Positions 8,126 through 17,501 of a DNA stretch of 50,423 nt are shown piece by piece. The position numbers were made by a program, and so were the translations under genes. The notes beneath the pieces are model-generated. The model was not told the origin of the DNA. It saw nothing but the letters and a program-made list of their open reading frames with translations, and made no database searches. The stretch spans positions 1 to 50,423 of the IMG/VR virus record IMGVR_UViG_3300025030_000147, one strand, 5' to 3'. This stretch comes from a virus. Its lineage: Duplodnaviria; Caudoviricetes. Position 1 is the stretch's first letter, and every line of letters begins with the position of its first letter.

Positions 8126-9097
8126 ATGAACGACAAAACAATCAGTATCACAGTCAGTGGCGCATTACCGGAAGTAGAAGAGATGTTTCGCAGGTTGGCG
8201 AGGGGAGGGGTGGAGCACAGGTTTACCGCCGAGGATGTGAAAGAGTTTGCGGGGATCAACGGGGTAGATTACAAGTCGGCGCGTGACGCTCTCTCAAACG
8301 CAAGGCTTACCCCTGTGACCACGCCGCCGAGCTTTGACCAGTTCGCTGCTGGCGTGGTGCAACAGTTCGCGGCTGGCACCGGGTTGCCCGAGTGCATTTC
8401 CATGACGGGCGAGCAGCCTGGCCCGACCGTAGACGCAGCGGCTGTATTCGCACCGCCGCAGATCGTACCGGAATTGTCCGGTAGCTGGAACCCCGAAACG
8501 GGTCATGTGCCGCTGGCGCCCCAGGCACCGACCATCCCCGCCGCGGTGCAGCCCACAATTCCGCCCGCACCCGCCGCTGCGCCGGACGGAACCATCGCAG
8601 CAGTTGTGGCAGCCTGTCATGCTTTGCCCGATGCACCCGCCGCCAACGTGGAACTCGACGGTGAGGGTCTGCCGTGGGACCGCAGGATTCACGCCAGCAC
8701 CAAGACCCGCCGCCAGTCCGACAACACCTGGAAGCTGGCGAGAGGCGTTGATGAGGCGTTGGTCGAGCAGGTAAAAGGCGAACTGCGGGTTGCCATGTCG
8801 GCTGGCGCACCGCCCGCACCCGCCGCTGCGCCCCAGGCACCGACCGCACCCGCCGCTGCGCCCCAGGCACCGCCCGCACCCGCCGCTGCGCCCCAGGCAC
8901 CGCCCGCACCCGCCCCGACCACCTTTGCTGAACTGCTCCAGGCGGTCACAGCGATGCAGGCGGCGGACAAGATCGCGTTCACTCAGATCGTAGACGTGTG
9001 CAAGAAGCACGGGTTCGCCAACCTGCCGCTGGTCGCCGCCCGGCCCGACATGATCCCCACCGTGTACGCCGACCTTGTAGCCATAGCGGGGGTGTAG
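8126..9097 (+). CDS. Pro/Ala-rich phage replication-region protein
   Basis: Globular core LDGEGLPWDRRIHASTK...W between low-complexity linkers; located upstream of exonuclease/SSB. Confidence 0.75.
   Translation: MNDKTISITVSGALPEVEEMFRRLARGGVEHRFTAEDVKEFAGINGVDYKSARDALSNARLTPVTTPPSFDQFAAGVVQQFAAGTGLPECISMTGEQPGPTVDAAAVFAPPQIVPELSGSWNPETGHVPLAPQAPTIPAAVQPTIPPAPAAAPDGTIAAVVAACHALPDAPAANVELDGEGLPWDRRIHASTKTRRQSDNTWKLARGVDEALVEQVKGELRVAMSAGAPPAPAAAPQAPTAPAAAPQAPPAPAAAPQAPPAPAPTTFAELLQAVTAMQAADKIAFTQIVDVCKKHGFANLPLVAARPDMIPTVYADLVAIAGV
8807..8914 (+). repeat. 30-bp coding tandem repeat (APPAPAAAPQ) x3.6
   Basis: Direct inspection. Confidence 0.9.
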
Positions 9098-9098
9098 C

Positions 9099-9443
9099 GT
9101 GGCACACAAAGCAATCCTTATAACGGGGCCTGTAGGTTGCGGTAAGAGCCGGTTGGCAAGGGAGCTTGCTGAGTGGTTGGGTGGGACTATTGCGGAAATG
9201 GATGATCACGAACTCATGGGGCATTTTGCCTTTGCAGCGGAGCCCAACGTGGTCATCGTGGAGGAATGCAGGAATCTCGACGCCATCAAAAGAATCGTGA
9301 CCAGCGACATGATTCGGTGTGAGAGGAAGGGTGAAAACCCCAAAGAAATTCCCGTTCCTCACATTATCTGCACGATGCTTGAGCCGCCGGACGAGATTGG
9401 TCGACGGTTCATCCACATCCCTTTGACCGGGGGCACCCGATGA
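9099..9443 (+). CDS. Small stand-alone P-loop NTPase (SF3-helicase-like)
   Basis: Walker A GPVGCGKS, Walker B VVIVEE, IKRIVTSD..ERKG, terminal RRF. Confidence 0.7.
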   Translation: MAHKAILITGPVGCGKSRLARELAEWLGGTIAEMDDHELMGHFAFAAEPNVVIVEECRNLDAIKRIVTSDMIRCERKGENPKEIPVPHIICTMLEPPDEIGRRFIHIPLTGGTR

Positions 9444-10576
9444 CACACAGCCGCTTATCCCCAAGCAAGGCGGTCACATGGGTGAACTGCCCGGGGTCCG
9501 TCAACCTGTCCGCGCTCTTTCCCGACTCAGGGCCGAGCGAGGCGGCTGCGGAGGGTACTGCCTCGCACCATGTAGCGTCCGAGGTGCTGCTGTGCGAGCG
9601 CCCGGCGCCCAAGGTGGGCGACAAGGCACCCAACGGTGTGATCCTCAACATGGAGATGGTTGAGAGCGCCTGGGTGTACATCGATGTGGTTCGGCGGGTC
9701 AGTCTGCGCCAGCCGATGCGGGTAGAGCAGCACATGCAGATCCCCCGTATCCACCCCGAGGTCCACGGAACGCCGGACTGCTGGTTTTACAGTCCGGCGC
9801 AGCGCGAGCTGCACGTGTTCGACTACAAGTACGGGTTCGGCATCGTAGAGCCCTACATGAACTGGCAGCTCATCACCTACGCTATCGGCGCACTGGAATT
9901 GTCCGGCATCGACGGCCACGAAGACCATCAGACCACTGTGGTCCTGCACATCGTCCAACCGCGACCCTTTCACGTTGCCGGCGCACACCGGGAATGGCGG
10001 GTACTGGCGAGCGACCTGAGAGGTCATGCCAACGGTCTGCGCTTCGCCGCGGAAAAAGCCCTCGGACCGAACCCCGAGGTGTCCTGCGGTAAACACTGCC
10101 AGTATTGCAGCGCGCGTCATGCCTGTCCGAGTCTGCAACGCGCCGTGATGGACGCCGCGGATTACGCACTGGCGGCTCGACCCGAGGTGCTGGACCCCGC
10201 AGCAATGGGTCTGGAATACCGCACCCTGGAGCGCATCGAGGCGCTGCTTAAAGCTCGCAAGTCGGGCCTCGCCGCCAGCATGGAAGCACTCATCAAAGCT
10301 GGTACGGCAATCCCCGGCTGGCTGTTGCAGCAGGGCAATGGTCGGGCAGCATGGAACAAACCGGCGGCTGAGATATTCGCCCTGGGGGATCTCATGGGTC
10401 TGGACCTGAGAGCCGCCCCCGAGGCGATCACGCCCGCCGCAGCGATCAAGGCTGGCATACCCAAGGAGGTAGTGCAGGCATTCAGCGAAACGCCGATCAG
10501 CGGTACCAAGCTGGTCGCATCGGAAAGCACACTGGCATCGCGGGTATTCCGCGCTGAGATGCCGTCACTGGTCTGA
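9440..10576 (+). CDS. Cas4-like PD-(D/E)xK exonuclease (DUF2800-like)
   Basis: HSRLSPS..W..CPGS, EGT..H, GTPD, DYKYG, QL..Y, C-terminal CxxC..C cluster. Confidence 0.85.
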   Translation: MTHSRLSPSKAVTWVNCPGSVNLSALFPDSGPSEAAAEGTASHHVASEVLLCERPAPKVGDKAPNGVILNMEMVESAWVYIDVVRRVSLRQPMRVEQHMQIPRIHPEVHGTPDCWFYSPAQRELHVFDYKYGFGIVEPYMNWQLITYAIGALELSGIDGHEDHQTTVVLHIVQPRPFHVAGAHREWRVLASDLRGHANGLRFAAEKALGPNPEVSCGKHCQYCSARHACPSLQRAVMDAADYALAARPEVLDPAAMGLEYRTLERIEALLKARKSGLAASMEALIKAGTAIPGWLLQQGNGRAAWNKPAAEIFALGDLMGLDLRAAPEAITPAAAIKAGIPKEVVQAFSETPISGTKLVASESTLASRVFRAEMPSLV

Positions 10577-10663
10577 GGCATGAGTCTCGCTGACGACTAC
10601 ATAGACCACCATTTATCAAAAAGCCTGCCCTTTGCAGGCTACTTACCACGGAGGCAACAACAC

Positions 10664-11536
10664 ATGGCACTCAAAGGCGATAATCTCGTACTGTCCAACA
10701 ACGCGATCATCCTGTGGGATGGCATCACCCGGCCCGAACTGAAAGACGATGGTAAGGGCGGCAAATTCAACCAGTACAGCCTCAAGGTCGCGGTCCCGGC
10801 CAACGACCCGGTTGTGGCTGAAATCCAGCAGATCGCCACCGTCGCGCTGCAGAACGACAGCAAGTTCCGAGGCACCCTTCCCCCGGGCGGCTCCTGGCCG
10901 ATCCTCCCCGTGGACCCCTCGCAGTTCGAGGGCAAGCTGCAGGGCTACGTGGCGTTCAACGCCAAGTCCAACCGCGCTGTGCAGGTTTTCAACGTGAACA
11001 ACCAGGAACTCGACCCGATGCAGTACGCCACCCAGCTCTATCCTGGCTCGACGGTGCAGGTGCTGGTCCACGCGTTCAGCTTCGATAACAAATCCAAGGG
11101 GATCGCGCTCGGCTTGGACGGTATCCGCATAGTGGACGCCACCAGCCCCCGCCTACCGGTCGGCGGTGTGGACGCAGGCGCAGTATTCGGCACCGCCCCG
11201 GTGGCAGGCGGCCAGGCACCTGCCGCTGCACCGCCTGTCTACCAGGCACCCGCCGCTGCACCGCCCGTCTACCAGGCGCCCGCCGCTGCACCGCCCGTCT
11301 ACCAGGCACCCGCCGCTGCACCGCCCGTCTACCAGGCACCCGCCGCTGCACCGCCTGCCGCCCCGGGCGCGGTCGGCCTGCCGCCGGGTGTTCAGCCCGC
11401 ACCGGATGTCCTCAATCCGCCGGCTGCTCCCGCCCGCCAGATGACCCCCGCAGCAAACGGCGCCACCTATGAGCAGATGATCGCTGCGGGCTGGACCGAC
11501 ACCACGCTGATCCAGCACGGCATGATGATGGCTTAA
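10664..11536 (+). CDS. ssDNA-binding protein (DUF2815/T7 gp2.5-like) with Pro/Ala linker and small C-terminal domain
   Basis: KFNQYSL, LYPGS..V..AF..DNKSKGIALGL motifs; position after exonuclease; GGAGG RBS. Confidence 0.72.
   Translation: MALKGDNLVLSNNAIILWDGITRPELKDDGKGGKFNQYSLKVAVPANDPVVAEIQQIATVALQNDSKFRGTLPPGGSWPILPVDPSQFEGKLQGYVAFNAKSNRAVQVFNVNNQELDPMQYATQLYPGSTVQVLVHAFSFDNKSKGIALGLDGIRIVDATSPRLPVGGVDAGAVFGTAPVAGGQAPAAAPPVYQAPAAAPPVYQAPAAAPPVYQAPAAAPPVYQAPAAAPPAAPGAVGLPPGVQPAPDVLNPPAAPARQMTPAANGATYEQMIAAGWTDTTLIQHGMMMA
11212..11357 (+). repeat. 30-bp coding tandem repeat (QAPAAAPPVY) x4.9
   Basis: Direct inspection. Confidence 0.9.
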
Positions 11537-11553
11537 CAAGGAGGTAACACACG

Positions 11554-11730
11554 ATGTTCAAGTTCAATTTCGACCGAGTGGTGATGATTAAGTGCAGCGA
11601 AGAGATGGGTGAGGTAATCGGACGGAGCGAGTACGCTGCTGACGAAAACCGCTACCTGATCCGTTACATGGCGGCGGACGGTCGCGCTGTCGAACAGTGG
11701 TGGCCTGAAAGCGCCCTGTCTGAACCCTAA
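11554..11730 (+). CDS. 58-aa hypothetical protein (SH3/KOW-like pattern), not in ORF track
   Basis: AAGGAGGT RBS; MFKFNFDRVV...GEVIGRSEY...YLIRY...EQWWPESAL. Confidence 0.75.
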   Translation: MFKFNFDRVVMIKCSEEMGEVIGRSEYAADENRYLIRYMAADGRAVEQWWPESALSEP

Positions 11731-11741
11731 ACCATCCACCC

Positions 11742-11767
11742 GTGGGGCGGCTCGCACAGCGCCCCAC
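11742..11767 (+). terminator. GC-rich stem-loop (weak terminator or processing site)
   Basis: GTGGGGCG...CGCCCCAC inverted repeat, no strong U-tract. Confidence 0.4.
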
Positions 11768-11793
11768 TTACCCCACCACTGGAGGACCACCAA

Positions 11794-11946
11794 ATGTACT
11801 GGATCTACTTCATCGGAGCATTGTTCACCGCCGGGTACATCGAGCGCGACAAAGAGGGGGTTTTCTCTGACCTCTGGACTGTTGCGTTTTGGCCCGCATA
11901 TTGGGGTAAAAAGCTGCGCGGAGAGCAGCCACCGGAGGGTATCTAA
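11794..11946 (+). CDS. 50-aa hydrophobic membrane protein, not in ORF track
   Basis: GGAGG RBS; MYWIYFIGALFTAGY...LWTVAFWPAYWG; abuts next ATG. Confidence 0.65.
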   Translation: MYWIYFIGALFTAGYIERDKEGVFSDLWTVAFWPAYWGKKLRGEQPPEGI

Positions 11947-12240
11947 ATGCTCCACACACTATCCGCCCGAGCGTTCCTTATGGCCGGTGAGGGCGCTCCG
12001 CTGCCCGAGGCAATACGTTGGGTCACCCGTAACCTCCCCGCCAATTTGCGACCCTACTACGCGCGCCAGATCCACTACAACGTCTGCTGCGATCAGCACC
12101 GTGTGGTCAAGCTGATAGGTCGGGTGGCGGTGGTGCAGTGCCAGTGTTGCGGTCGAGGTGAGCAGATCCCGCAGCCGAGGGCCGATGAGGTGATGGATTT
12201 TAGAGCGAGGGTATCGGAGGCGTTATATGCAACAGCTTGA
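11947..12240 (+). CDS. Hypothetical protein with Cys/His cluster
   Basis: ORF in operon, GGAGG RBS. Confidence 0.6.
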   Translation: MLHTLSARAFLMAGEGAPLPEAIRWVTRNLPANLRPYYARQIHYNVCCDQHRVVKLIGRVAVVQCQCCGRGEQIPQPRADEVMDFRARVSEALYATA

Positions 12241-12676
12241 TATGGCACTGGAGTTCGCGGAGGGCGGAGGGTCCGGGGCGGACGAGCCCCCCGTGACCAA
12301 AGACGGGTGGGCAGAGGAACACGCCGCAAAGCAGGGCTGTGTGGTGGTCTACCCGCAGCCGAATCAACTGCAGATAGACATTGACACCGAGGCAGCCTAC
12401 GCCGAGTTCAACAGACGTTTGGGGGATCTGTTGGCCTGGGATAGCTCCATATTCGGTGACTGTTCCAACGCACCCCAGGTAGTTATCCAACCGTCGAAAA
12501 GCGGTCTGCCACATCGGCACATCACCCTAACCTTTCCCGACCGGACCTTTGACCGCTACGAGCGGATCGCCCTGCAGATGCTGCTCGGGTCCGACCCCGT
12601 ACGCGAGAAGATGAACACGCTGCGGACCCTGCGTGGCAATCCGGCGCCGGTCCGGCTGTTCGAGCGCCCAGCATGA
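12227..12676 (+). CDS. Hypothetical protein with AEP-like motifs
   Basis: LQIDID and SKSGLPHRHI; ATGA-coupled to the polymerase. Confidence 0.65.
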   Translation: MQQLDMALEFAEGGGSGADEPPVTKDGWAEEHAAKQGCVVVYPQPNQLQIDIDTEAAYAEFNRRLGDLLAWDSSIFGDCSNAPQVVIQPSKSGLPHRHITLTFPDRTFDRYERIALQMLLGSDPVREKMNTLRTLRGNPAPVRLFERPA

Positions 12677-14526
12677 CCGACTACGTATGGGACATTGAGA
12701 GTTTTCCCAACGTGTTTACCCTGTCGCTCAAGGAGGCGGGTACTACGAACCGTTGGCGGTTTGAAATCTCCCACCGCAGGAACGACTACGACCGTCTGGT
12801 GCAGATGATCCAGTGGCTCGCCTACACCAAAGCGCGTATGGTCGGGTTCAACAACGTAGGATTCGACTACCCGGTGCTGCACTTCATCCTTGAACATCCC
12901 GGGCCGCCGACCGCCGCACAGATCAACCGCAAGGTGGGGCAGATAATCAACGTCGATCACAGTCGGCGGTTCGACCATATCATTTGGGATCGTGACCGCT
13001 ACGTGGAGCAGATCGACCTGTTGAAGATACACCACTTTGACAACGTGGCGCGGTTCACCAGCCTCAAGGTGCTGGAGTTCAACATGCGGTCGGGCAACAT
13101 ACAGGATCTACCATTCGCCCCAGGCTCCGTACTGACCGATAGCCAGATCGACACCTTGATCAGCTACAACGACCATGACGTTGACCAAACCGAGGCGTTC
13201 TACTTTAAGTCCTTGGACCAGATCAGGTTCCGCGAAGAGTTGAGCAAAAAGTACAGCCACAATTTCCTCAACCACAATGACACCAAAATCGGCAAGGATT
13301 ACTTCATCATGGAGCTGGAACGGCTCATGCCCGGGTCGTGCTACACCACCGTGGACGGCAAGCGGACCCCGAGGCAGACCTGGCGCTCCAGCATTGCCCT
13401 GCGCGACGTGATCTTTCCCTACGTCCAGTTCCGGCGCCCCGAGTTCCAACAGGTCCACCAGTGGCTCATGGCTCAGACCATCACCGAGACGAAGGGTGTC
13501 TTTGAGAAGCTACACTGCGTCGTGGACGGCTTTCAGTTCGACTTCGGCACCGGGGGCATTCACGGCTCGGTGAGCAGCCGGACCGTCACCAGCGACGCAG
13601 ACCATGAGATAGTCGACATCGACGTAACGAGCTACTACCCGACCCTGGCAATTGCCAACCGGCTGCACCCCGCCCACCTGGGCGAAGCGTTCTGTGACAT
13701 CTACAAGGACGTGTTCGACCAGCGCGCCATGTACCCCAAGGGCACCCCTGAGAACGCCATGCTCAAGCTGGCCTTGAACGGCGTGTACGGCGACTCGAAC
13801 AACGTCTACAGCCCATTCTACGACCCTGCATACACCATGAGCATCACGATCAACGGTCAGTTGCTCCTGTGCATGTTGGCGGAATACCTGATGGACATAC
13901 CCGACCTGCAGATGATTCAGGTGAACACAGATGGCGTGACGGTTCGCATTCCGCGGACCCGCCGGCCCGACTTGCAGCGGGTCATGGACTGGTGGCAAGC
14001 ATTCACCTGTCTCAAGCTGGAGGAAGCGATCTACAGCCGCATGTTCATCCGTGATGTCAACAATTACCTGGCTGAGTACGCTGACGGCGGTAAGGTCAAG
14101 CGCAAAGGTGCATACGAGTACAAATTGGGCTGGCATCAGAACCACAGCGCCCTGATCATTCCAATGGCCGCCGAGGCCGCGCTGGTTGAGGGGCTGGATG
14201 TCCGGCAGTTCATCCTCAACCATGACTGCCTGGACGACTTCATGCTACGCGCCAAGATCCCCAGGAATAGCCGGTTGGTACTGATTACAGCCGAGGGAGA
14301 GCGCCAGCTACAAAACGTCACCCGCTACTACATCAGCAAGTCGGGTGGGTCACTGGTTAAGATCATGCCGCCACTCGCCAAGGCACCGGACAAGGAGCGC
14401 AGGATCGGCATTGATGTGGGCTGGATGGTCACGGAGTGCAACGACATTCGGCGCGCGGTCGGGCAGGACATAAATTTTGAGTATTACATCAAAGAGGCTG
14501 AGAAGCTGGTCAAACCGCTCAAATAA
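12673..14526 (+). CDS. DNA polymerase family B with 3'-5' exonuclease
   Basis: ExoI DIE, ExoII FNNVGFD, ExoIII YNDHD; DVTSYYP, KLALNGVYG, NTDG. Confidence 0.93.
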   Translation: MTDYVWDIESFPNVFTLSLKEAGTTNRWRFEISHRRNDYDRLVQMIQWLAYTKARMVGFNNVGFDYPVLHFILEHPGPPTAAQINRKVGQIINVDHSRRFDHIIWDRDRYVEQIDLLKIHHFDNVARFTSLKVLEFNMRSGNIQDLPFAPGSVLTDSQIDTLISYNDHDVDQTEAFYFKSLDQIRFREELSKKYSHNFLNHNDTKIGKDYFIMELERLMPGSCYTTVDGKRTPRQTWRSSIALRDVIFPYVQFRRPEFQQVHQWLMAQTITETKGVFEKLHCVVDGFQFDFGTGGIHGSVSSRTVTSDADHEIVDIDVTSYYPTLAIANRLHPAHLGEAFCDIYKDVFDQRAMYPKGTPENAMLKLALNGVYGDSNNVYSPFYDPAYTMSITINGQLLLCMLAEYLMDIPDLQMIQVNTDGVTVRIPRTRRPDLQRVMDWWQAFTCLKLEEAIYSRMFIRDVNNYLAEYADGGKVKRKGAYEYKLGWHQNHSALIIPMAAEAALVEGLDVRQFILNHDCLDDFMLRAKIPRNSRLVLITAEGERQLQNVTRYYISKSGGSLVKIMPPLAKAPDKERRIGIDVGWMVTECNDIRRAVGQDINFEYYIKEAEKLVKPLK

Positions 14527-14532
14527 ATTGTA

Positions 14533-14561
14533 TTGACAAAATATCAAGTGTAAGGTAGATA
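14533..14561 (+). promoter_or_regulatory. Sigma70 promoter (TTGACA-17-TAGATA)
   Basis: Perfect -35 in AT-rich intergenic gap. Confidence 0.6.
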
Positions 14562-14580
14562 TACCTGCATGGAGGTAAGC

Positions 14581-14826
14581 ATGAAAATAGGGACCGAAGG
14601 ACACAAAGAATGGCTCAACACTTTAAAGGTGGGGGATCGTGTTGCCGTATTCCAACTCTGCCCTGAAAAAATGGTTTATCAAGACACGGTGGCGAAAATA
14701 ACACCCACCCGTCGAATCGAGCTATCCAAGGGTAGTACCTTTCACCCTACAGGATGGATCAGGGGAGCTAACGCACCGTGCTATAGAGATAGGCATATCC
14801 GACCCTATAAGGAGATCCAGCCATGA
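14581..14826 (+). CDS. Hypothetical protein
   Basis: GGAGGT RBS, first gene after promoter. Confidence 0.65.
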   Translation: MKIGTEGHKEWLNTLKVGDRVAVFQLCPEKMVYQDTVAKITPTRRIELSKGSTFHPTGWIRGANAPCYRDRHIRPYKEIQP

Positions 14827-15029
14827 CACGCAAGATATGCCCCTGCGGTGAGCGGCTGGTGCAGCGCGACACCGAGACAGATAAGCAATTCGAGGCCCGG
14901 CAGTATTGCAACGCGCAACACGCCGGCAAGTACCGGCCGCGCAAACCGGCGGGTGGGAGTAAGGTGAGGCGGTTAGGCAAGGGATACAAGGCTTATCTTG
15001 AGGGCGTGCGGCCTATGGGGGAGCTATGA
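14823..15029 (+). CDS. Small basic Cys/His zinc-binding protein
   Basis: CPCG...YCNAQH; AAGGAG RBS. Confidence 0.6.
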   Translation: MTRKICPCGERLVQRDTETDKQFEARQYCNAQHAGKYRPRKPAGGSKVRRLGKGYKAYLEGVRPMGEL

Positions 15030-15070
15030 CCGCGCCAGCATCGCAGCGCGGATAACGTAACGGGGGAAGT

Positions 15071-15649
15071 ATGGAAGCAGCAGCGAAGTTTAAAGAGATG
15101 GCCTTGGCGTCCAAAGATGCTATGGAGGAATTCAACGATTTTGCCGAGGACAGAGCGACCTCATGGGCTTTTGACGAAATACGCCGCCTCACCGCCCTCT
15201 GCGAAGAGCAGGGGAAGCAGATTGCTTTCGATTGCAGTAGCCATCAGTGCGACCGTATTTATGATCTTGCTAGCCCTCACATCGAAGCCTGTCTTAAAGC
15301 CGAATCCGCCCTCTCCCAAGCAAGGGAGGAGGTAGCCGCTAAACAGTGGGTAGTTGACGTTCTGGCCGAAGACCTGAAAGGCTGGAAAGCCCGCGCCGAA
15401 GCCGCCGAGCAGCGCGAGAAGGGGTTGAGGGAGGACGCCGAAAGATGGCGGGCGCTCATAGGTTGCGCCAGGGTGCGCGTTCTTGGCAGCGCAGGGATCG
15501 TGACCGCCAACGATCAAGGCTACGCGCACATTGGCTTAGAAATCTGGACGCACCATACAGCGAGCAGCGAGCCGGAAGCAATCGAATGGCTAACCAAGTT
15601 CGCGGACAAGGCCAAAGCCGCCCTCGCTGCGGCATCGAAGATTCCGTGA
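15071..15649 (+). CDS. Hypothetical coiled-coil protein (Ead/Ea22-like accessory type)
   Basis: Helical Ala/Glu-rich ORF with LREDAERWRAL motif. Confidence 0.6.
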   Translation: MEAAAKFKEMALASKDAMEEFNDFAEDRATSWAFDEIRRLTALCEEQGKQIAFDCSSHQCDRIYDLASPHIEACLKAESALSQAREEVAAKQWVVDVLAEDLKGWKARAEAAEQREKGLREDAERWRALIGCARVRVLGSAGIVTANDQGYAHIGLEIWTHHTASSEPEAIEWLTKFADKAKAALAAASKIP

Positions 15650-15819
15650 AGTTAAAGAGGTTTTACATGGTTACACGGGTGGTTAAAGAGACCGCTTGCG
15701 TCGAAGCGACCAGCGCAGCAGAAGCTTTGCTAATCATTAACAACGGCGAAGGTTCGTCCTGGGATGTGGAAGTCGTGAGTGAGAAGGCTAAACGCGCTGT
15801 GGCGAAAGGAGGGGAGTGA
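15646..15819 (+). CDS. Small hypothetical protein (GTG start)
   Basis: GTGA overlaps at both ends. Confidence 0.5.
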   Translation: MKLKRFYMVTRVVKETACVEATSAAEALLIINNGEGSSWDVEVVSEKAKRAVAKGGE

Positions 15820-16058
15820 TGAAAGTAGACCAACCTAAATTTGACGACAACTGCACTGTTAGGTGTTGTGAATGTCCCTTTGCTGACGCAGACGGCTTTT
15901 GTGAGCCTAACACAGCACTTTATCGGCTCTGTATCGATTGGGGTAGATTGCACAAACCCACTTGTCCTACGGTAGAGAACTATGTCGAAGCCTGTGAAGT
16001 AGCAGACGCGGCCATGCTCAAAGCAAGAGCGGCAGGAGGTGGGGAAAATGGACCCTAG
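15816..16058 (+). CDS. Cys-rich hypothetical protein
   Basis: Strong RBS; ends in ADAAMLKAR. Confidence 0.55.
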   Translation: MMKVDQPKFDDNCTVRCCECPFADADGFCEPNTALYRLCIDWGRLHKPTCPTVENYVEACEVADAAMLKARAAGGGENGP

Positions 16059-16587
16059 ATGCGAAGAACAACTGAGAGGGATGGCCGAGAAAGCAGATAA
16101 CCCTGAGTTCACGATGTTAATGTGGCAATCTGCTAAACAGGCTCTGATTAAGATAGAAGCTCTCCGCGCCGAACTCACCCAGGCGCAGGAGAGGGTGAAG
16201 GAGTTGACACAGGGGACGGCGAACTATCTCGAAATAGCGACAGAAGAAGCTGAGAAGCGTGACACGCTTGAGCAAGAGCTCGACCAGCTCAAGAGGGAGA
16301 GGGATGGGGCGGTTGAAAGAGCCGATAGGGTCACGCAGGCGGCTTGGATCCGGACGGAAAGCTACGAGGCAATTCAGGAGATAGAAAACTCCTACCGCCA
16401 AGGCTTCGAGGCTTGCAGGGAGGCGGTACGGGCAGATGTTGGCAAACTACGAGACATCCTGACGTGGGAGCTAACAAATCTCATCAGTTCTCAACGCCGC
16501 GCCCAAGCCCAATCTGGACGCCAACAACTGTGCAAACTGGATGATAGAATCCGCGCTCTGACGGTGCCGGAACGCAAGGAGTTGTAG
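16048..16587 (+). CDS. Hypothetical coiled-coil protein
   Basis: RBS, heptad-rich sequence. Confidence 0.6.
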   Translation: MDPRCEEQLRGMAEKADNPEFTMLMWQSAKQALIKIEALRAELTQAQERVKELTQGTANYLEIATEEAEKRDTLEQELDQLKRERDGAVERADRVTQAAWIRTESYEAIQEIENSYRQGFEACREAVRADVGKLRDILTWELTNLISSQRRAQAQSGRQQLCKLDDRIRALTVPERKEL

Positions 16588-16591
16588 CCCC

Positions 16592-16786
16592 GTGCGACCC
16601 ATCCACGCCGCCCTGGCGCAAGTCAGGTACGACATACAGCAATGCCACACGGGGGATCTGGCAGCCCACCCCCGTGTGGCATTGATACTGACCGAGCTTA
16701 CCCGAAAGCGGGACCGGCTCTACCTGGCTCTGCGCCCCGGGACTAAACCCCGGCGTAAATACATTCAAGTACCGCGATGTTCTTAG
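16592..16786 (+). CDS. Possible small hypothetical protein overlapping the convergent tail-fibre gene
   Basis: AAGGAG RBS before GTG. Confidence 0.35.
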   Translation: MRPIHAALAQVRYDIQQCHTGDLAAHPRVALILTELTRKRDRLYLALRPGTKPRRKYIQVPRCS

Positions 16787-17501
16787 GTCGCGTTTCATTG
16801 GCGGTGCGGACCTGAGTGGATGAATCAAACTCCGTGACAGGTACCCCGGATGAAGTATCACCAGCGGATGTAGCCGTGTCGGTACCCACCGAGAAAGCAC
16901 CGTCTGCCACGTTGGTGTAGGCCGAATTGGCCGAGTTGATCGTGCCCGTGATCGGCTGCATGGCGTCCTCTTGGATGCTACCGAATGCTCGGTCAGGGTC
17001 GACCCCCGCCCCGTGGTCCCATGAGCGCATAAAGTAGCCTCTCGGGGGCAGATCGAAGGTTGTTGCACCGTCACCCACCCCCCATGTGGTCCCGATAGCG
17101 GCGAAGAGTGCCGAGTAGGTGGTCCGGCTGACTGTCTGCCCGAACTCCAGCCATTTTGCCGGCGGGGTCTGGAAAGCGAATGCGCGGATCTCTCCGACGA
17201 TCACCGCCTCGCCGGGCTGCAGGGCGGTGTCGGCCTTTGCTCCCTGCGCCGCGCTGGCGAAGAGGGTTTGCATGGCGGTCAAGTACTGGCTCGCCACCGC
17301 CGTATCGGGTTCGCCCGTGGGTACCACGCTGGCTTCGGTGAGCAGAGCTTGGAGAAAACCGTAGATGTCGTTCGGCCAGGCTTTCTCCAGCGGCGTACCG
17401 TTCCGGCTAGTGGGCGTGTCGGAATTTTTAAAAGAGCCGTAAGGGTAGGCCGCATCGGCCGGTGTTGCGTTGCTGTATTCAACTGAGGGTTTGATCGCCA
17501 T
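16743..17501 (-). CDS. Tail fibre protein with tail-collar domain
   Basis: N-terminal YPYGSFKN..GTPLEKAWPND; collar GEIRAFA...VSRTTYSALFAAIGTTWG.GDG.TTFDLP; C-terminal ETRPKNIA. Confidence 0.88.
   Translation of the reverse strand: MAIKPSVEYSNATPADAAYPYGSFKNSDTPTSRNGTPLEKAWPNDIYGFLQALLTEASVVPTGEPDTAVASQYLTAMQTLFASAAQGAKADTALQPGEAVIVGEIRAFAFQTPPAKWLEFGQTVSRTTYSALFAAIGTTWGVGDGATTFDLPPRGYFMRSWDHGAGVDPDRAFGSIQEDAMQPITGTINSANSAYTNVADGAFSVGTDTATSAGDTSSGVPVTEFDSSTQVRTANETRPKNIAVLECIYAGV

Noticed and set aside
9440-10576. Cas4 as part of a CRISPR system
   Set aside because: Stand-alone Cas4-like exonuclease in the usual exonuclease-SSB-polymerase phage module
12673-14526. Intein or intron in polymerase, terminase or helicase
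   Set aside because: Motif spacing and lengths are normal; no splice-junction signatures
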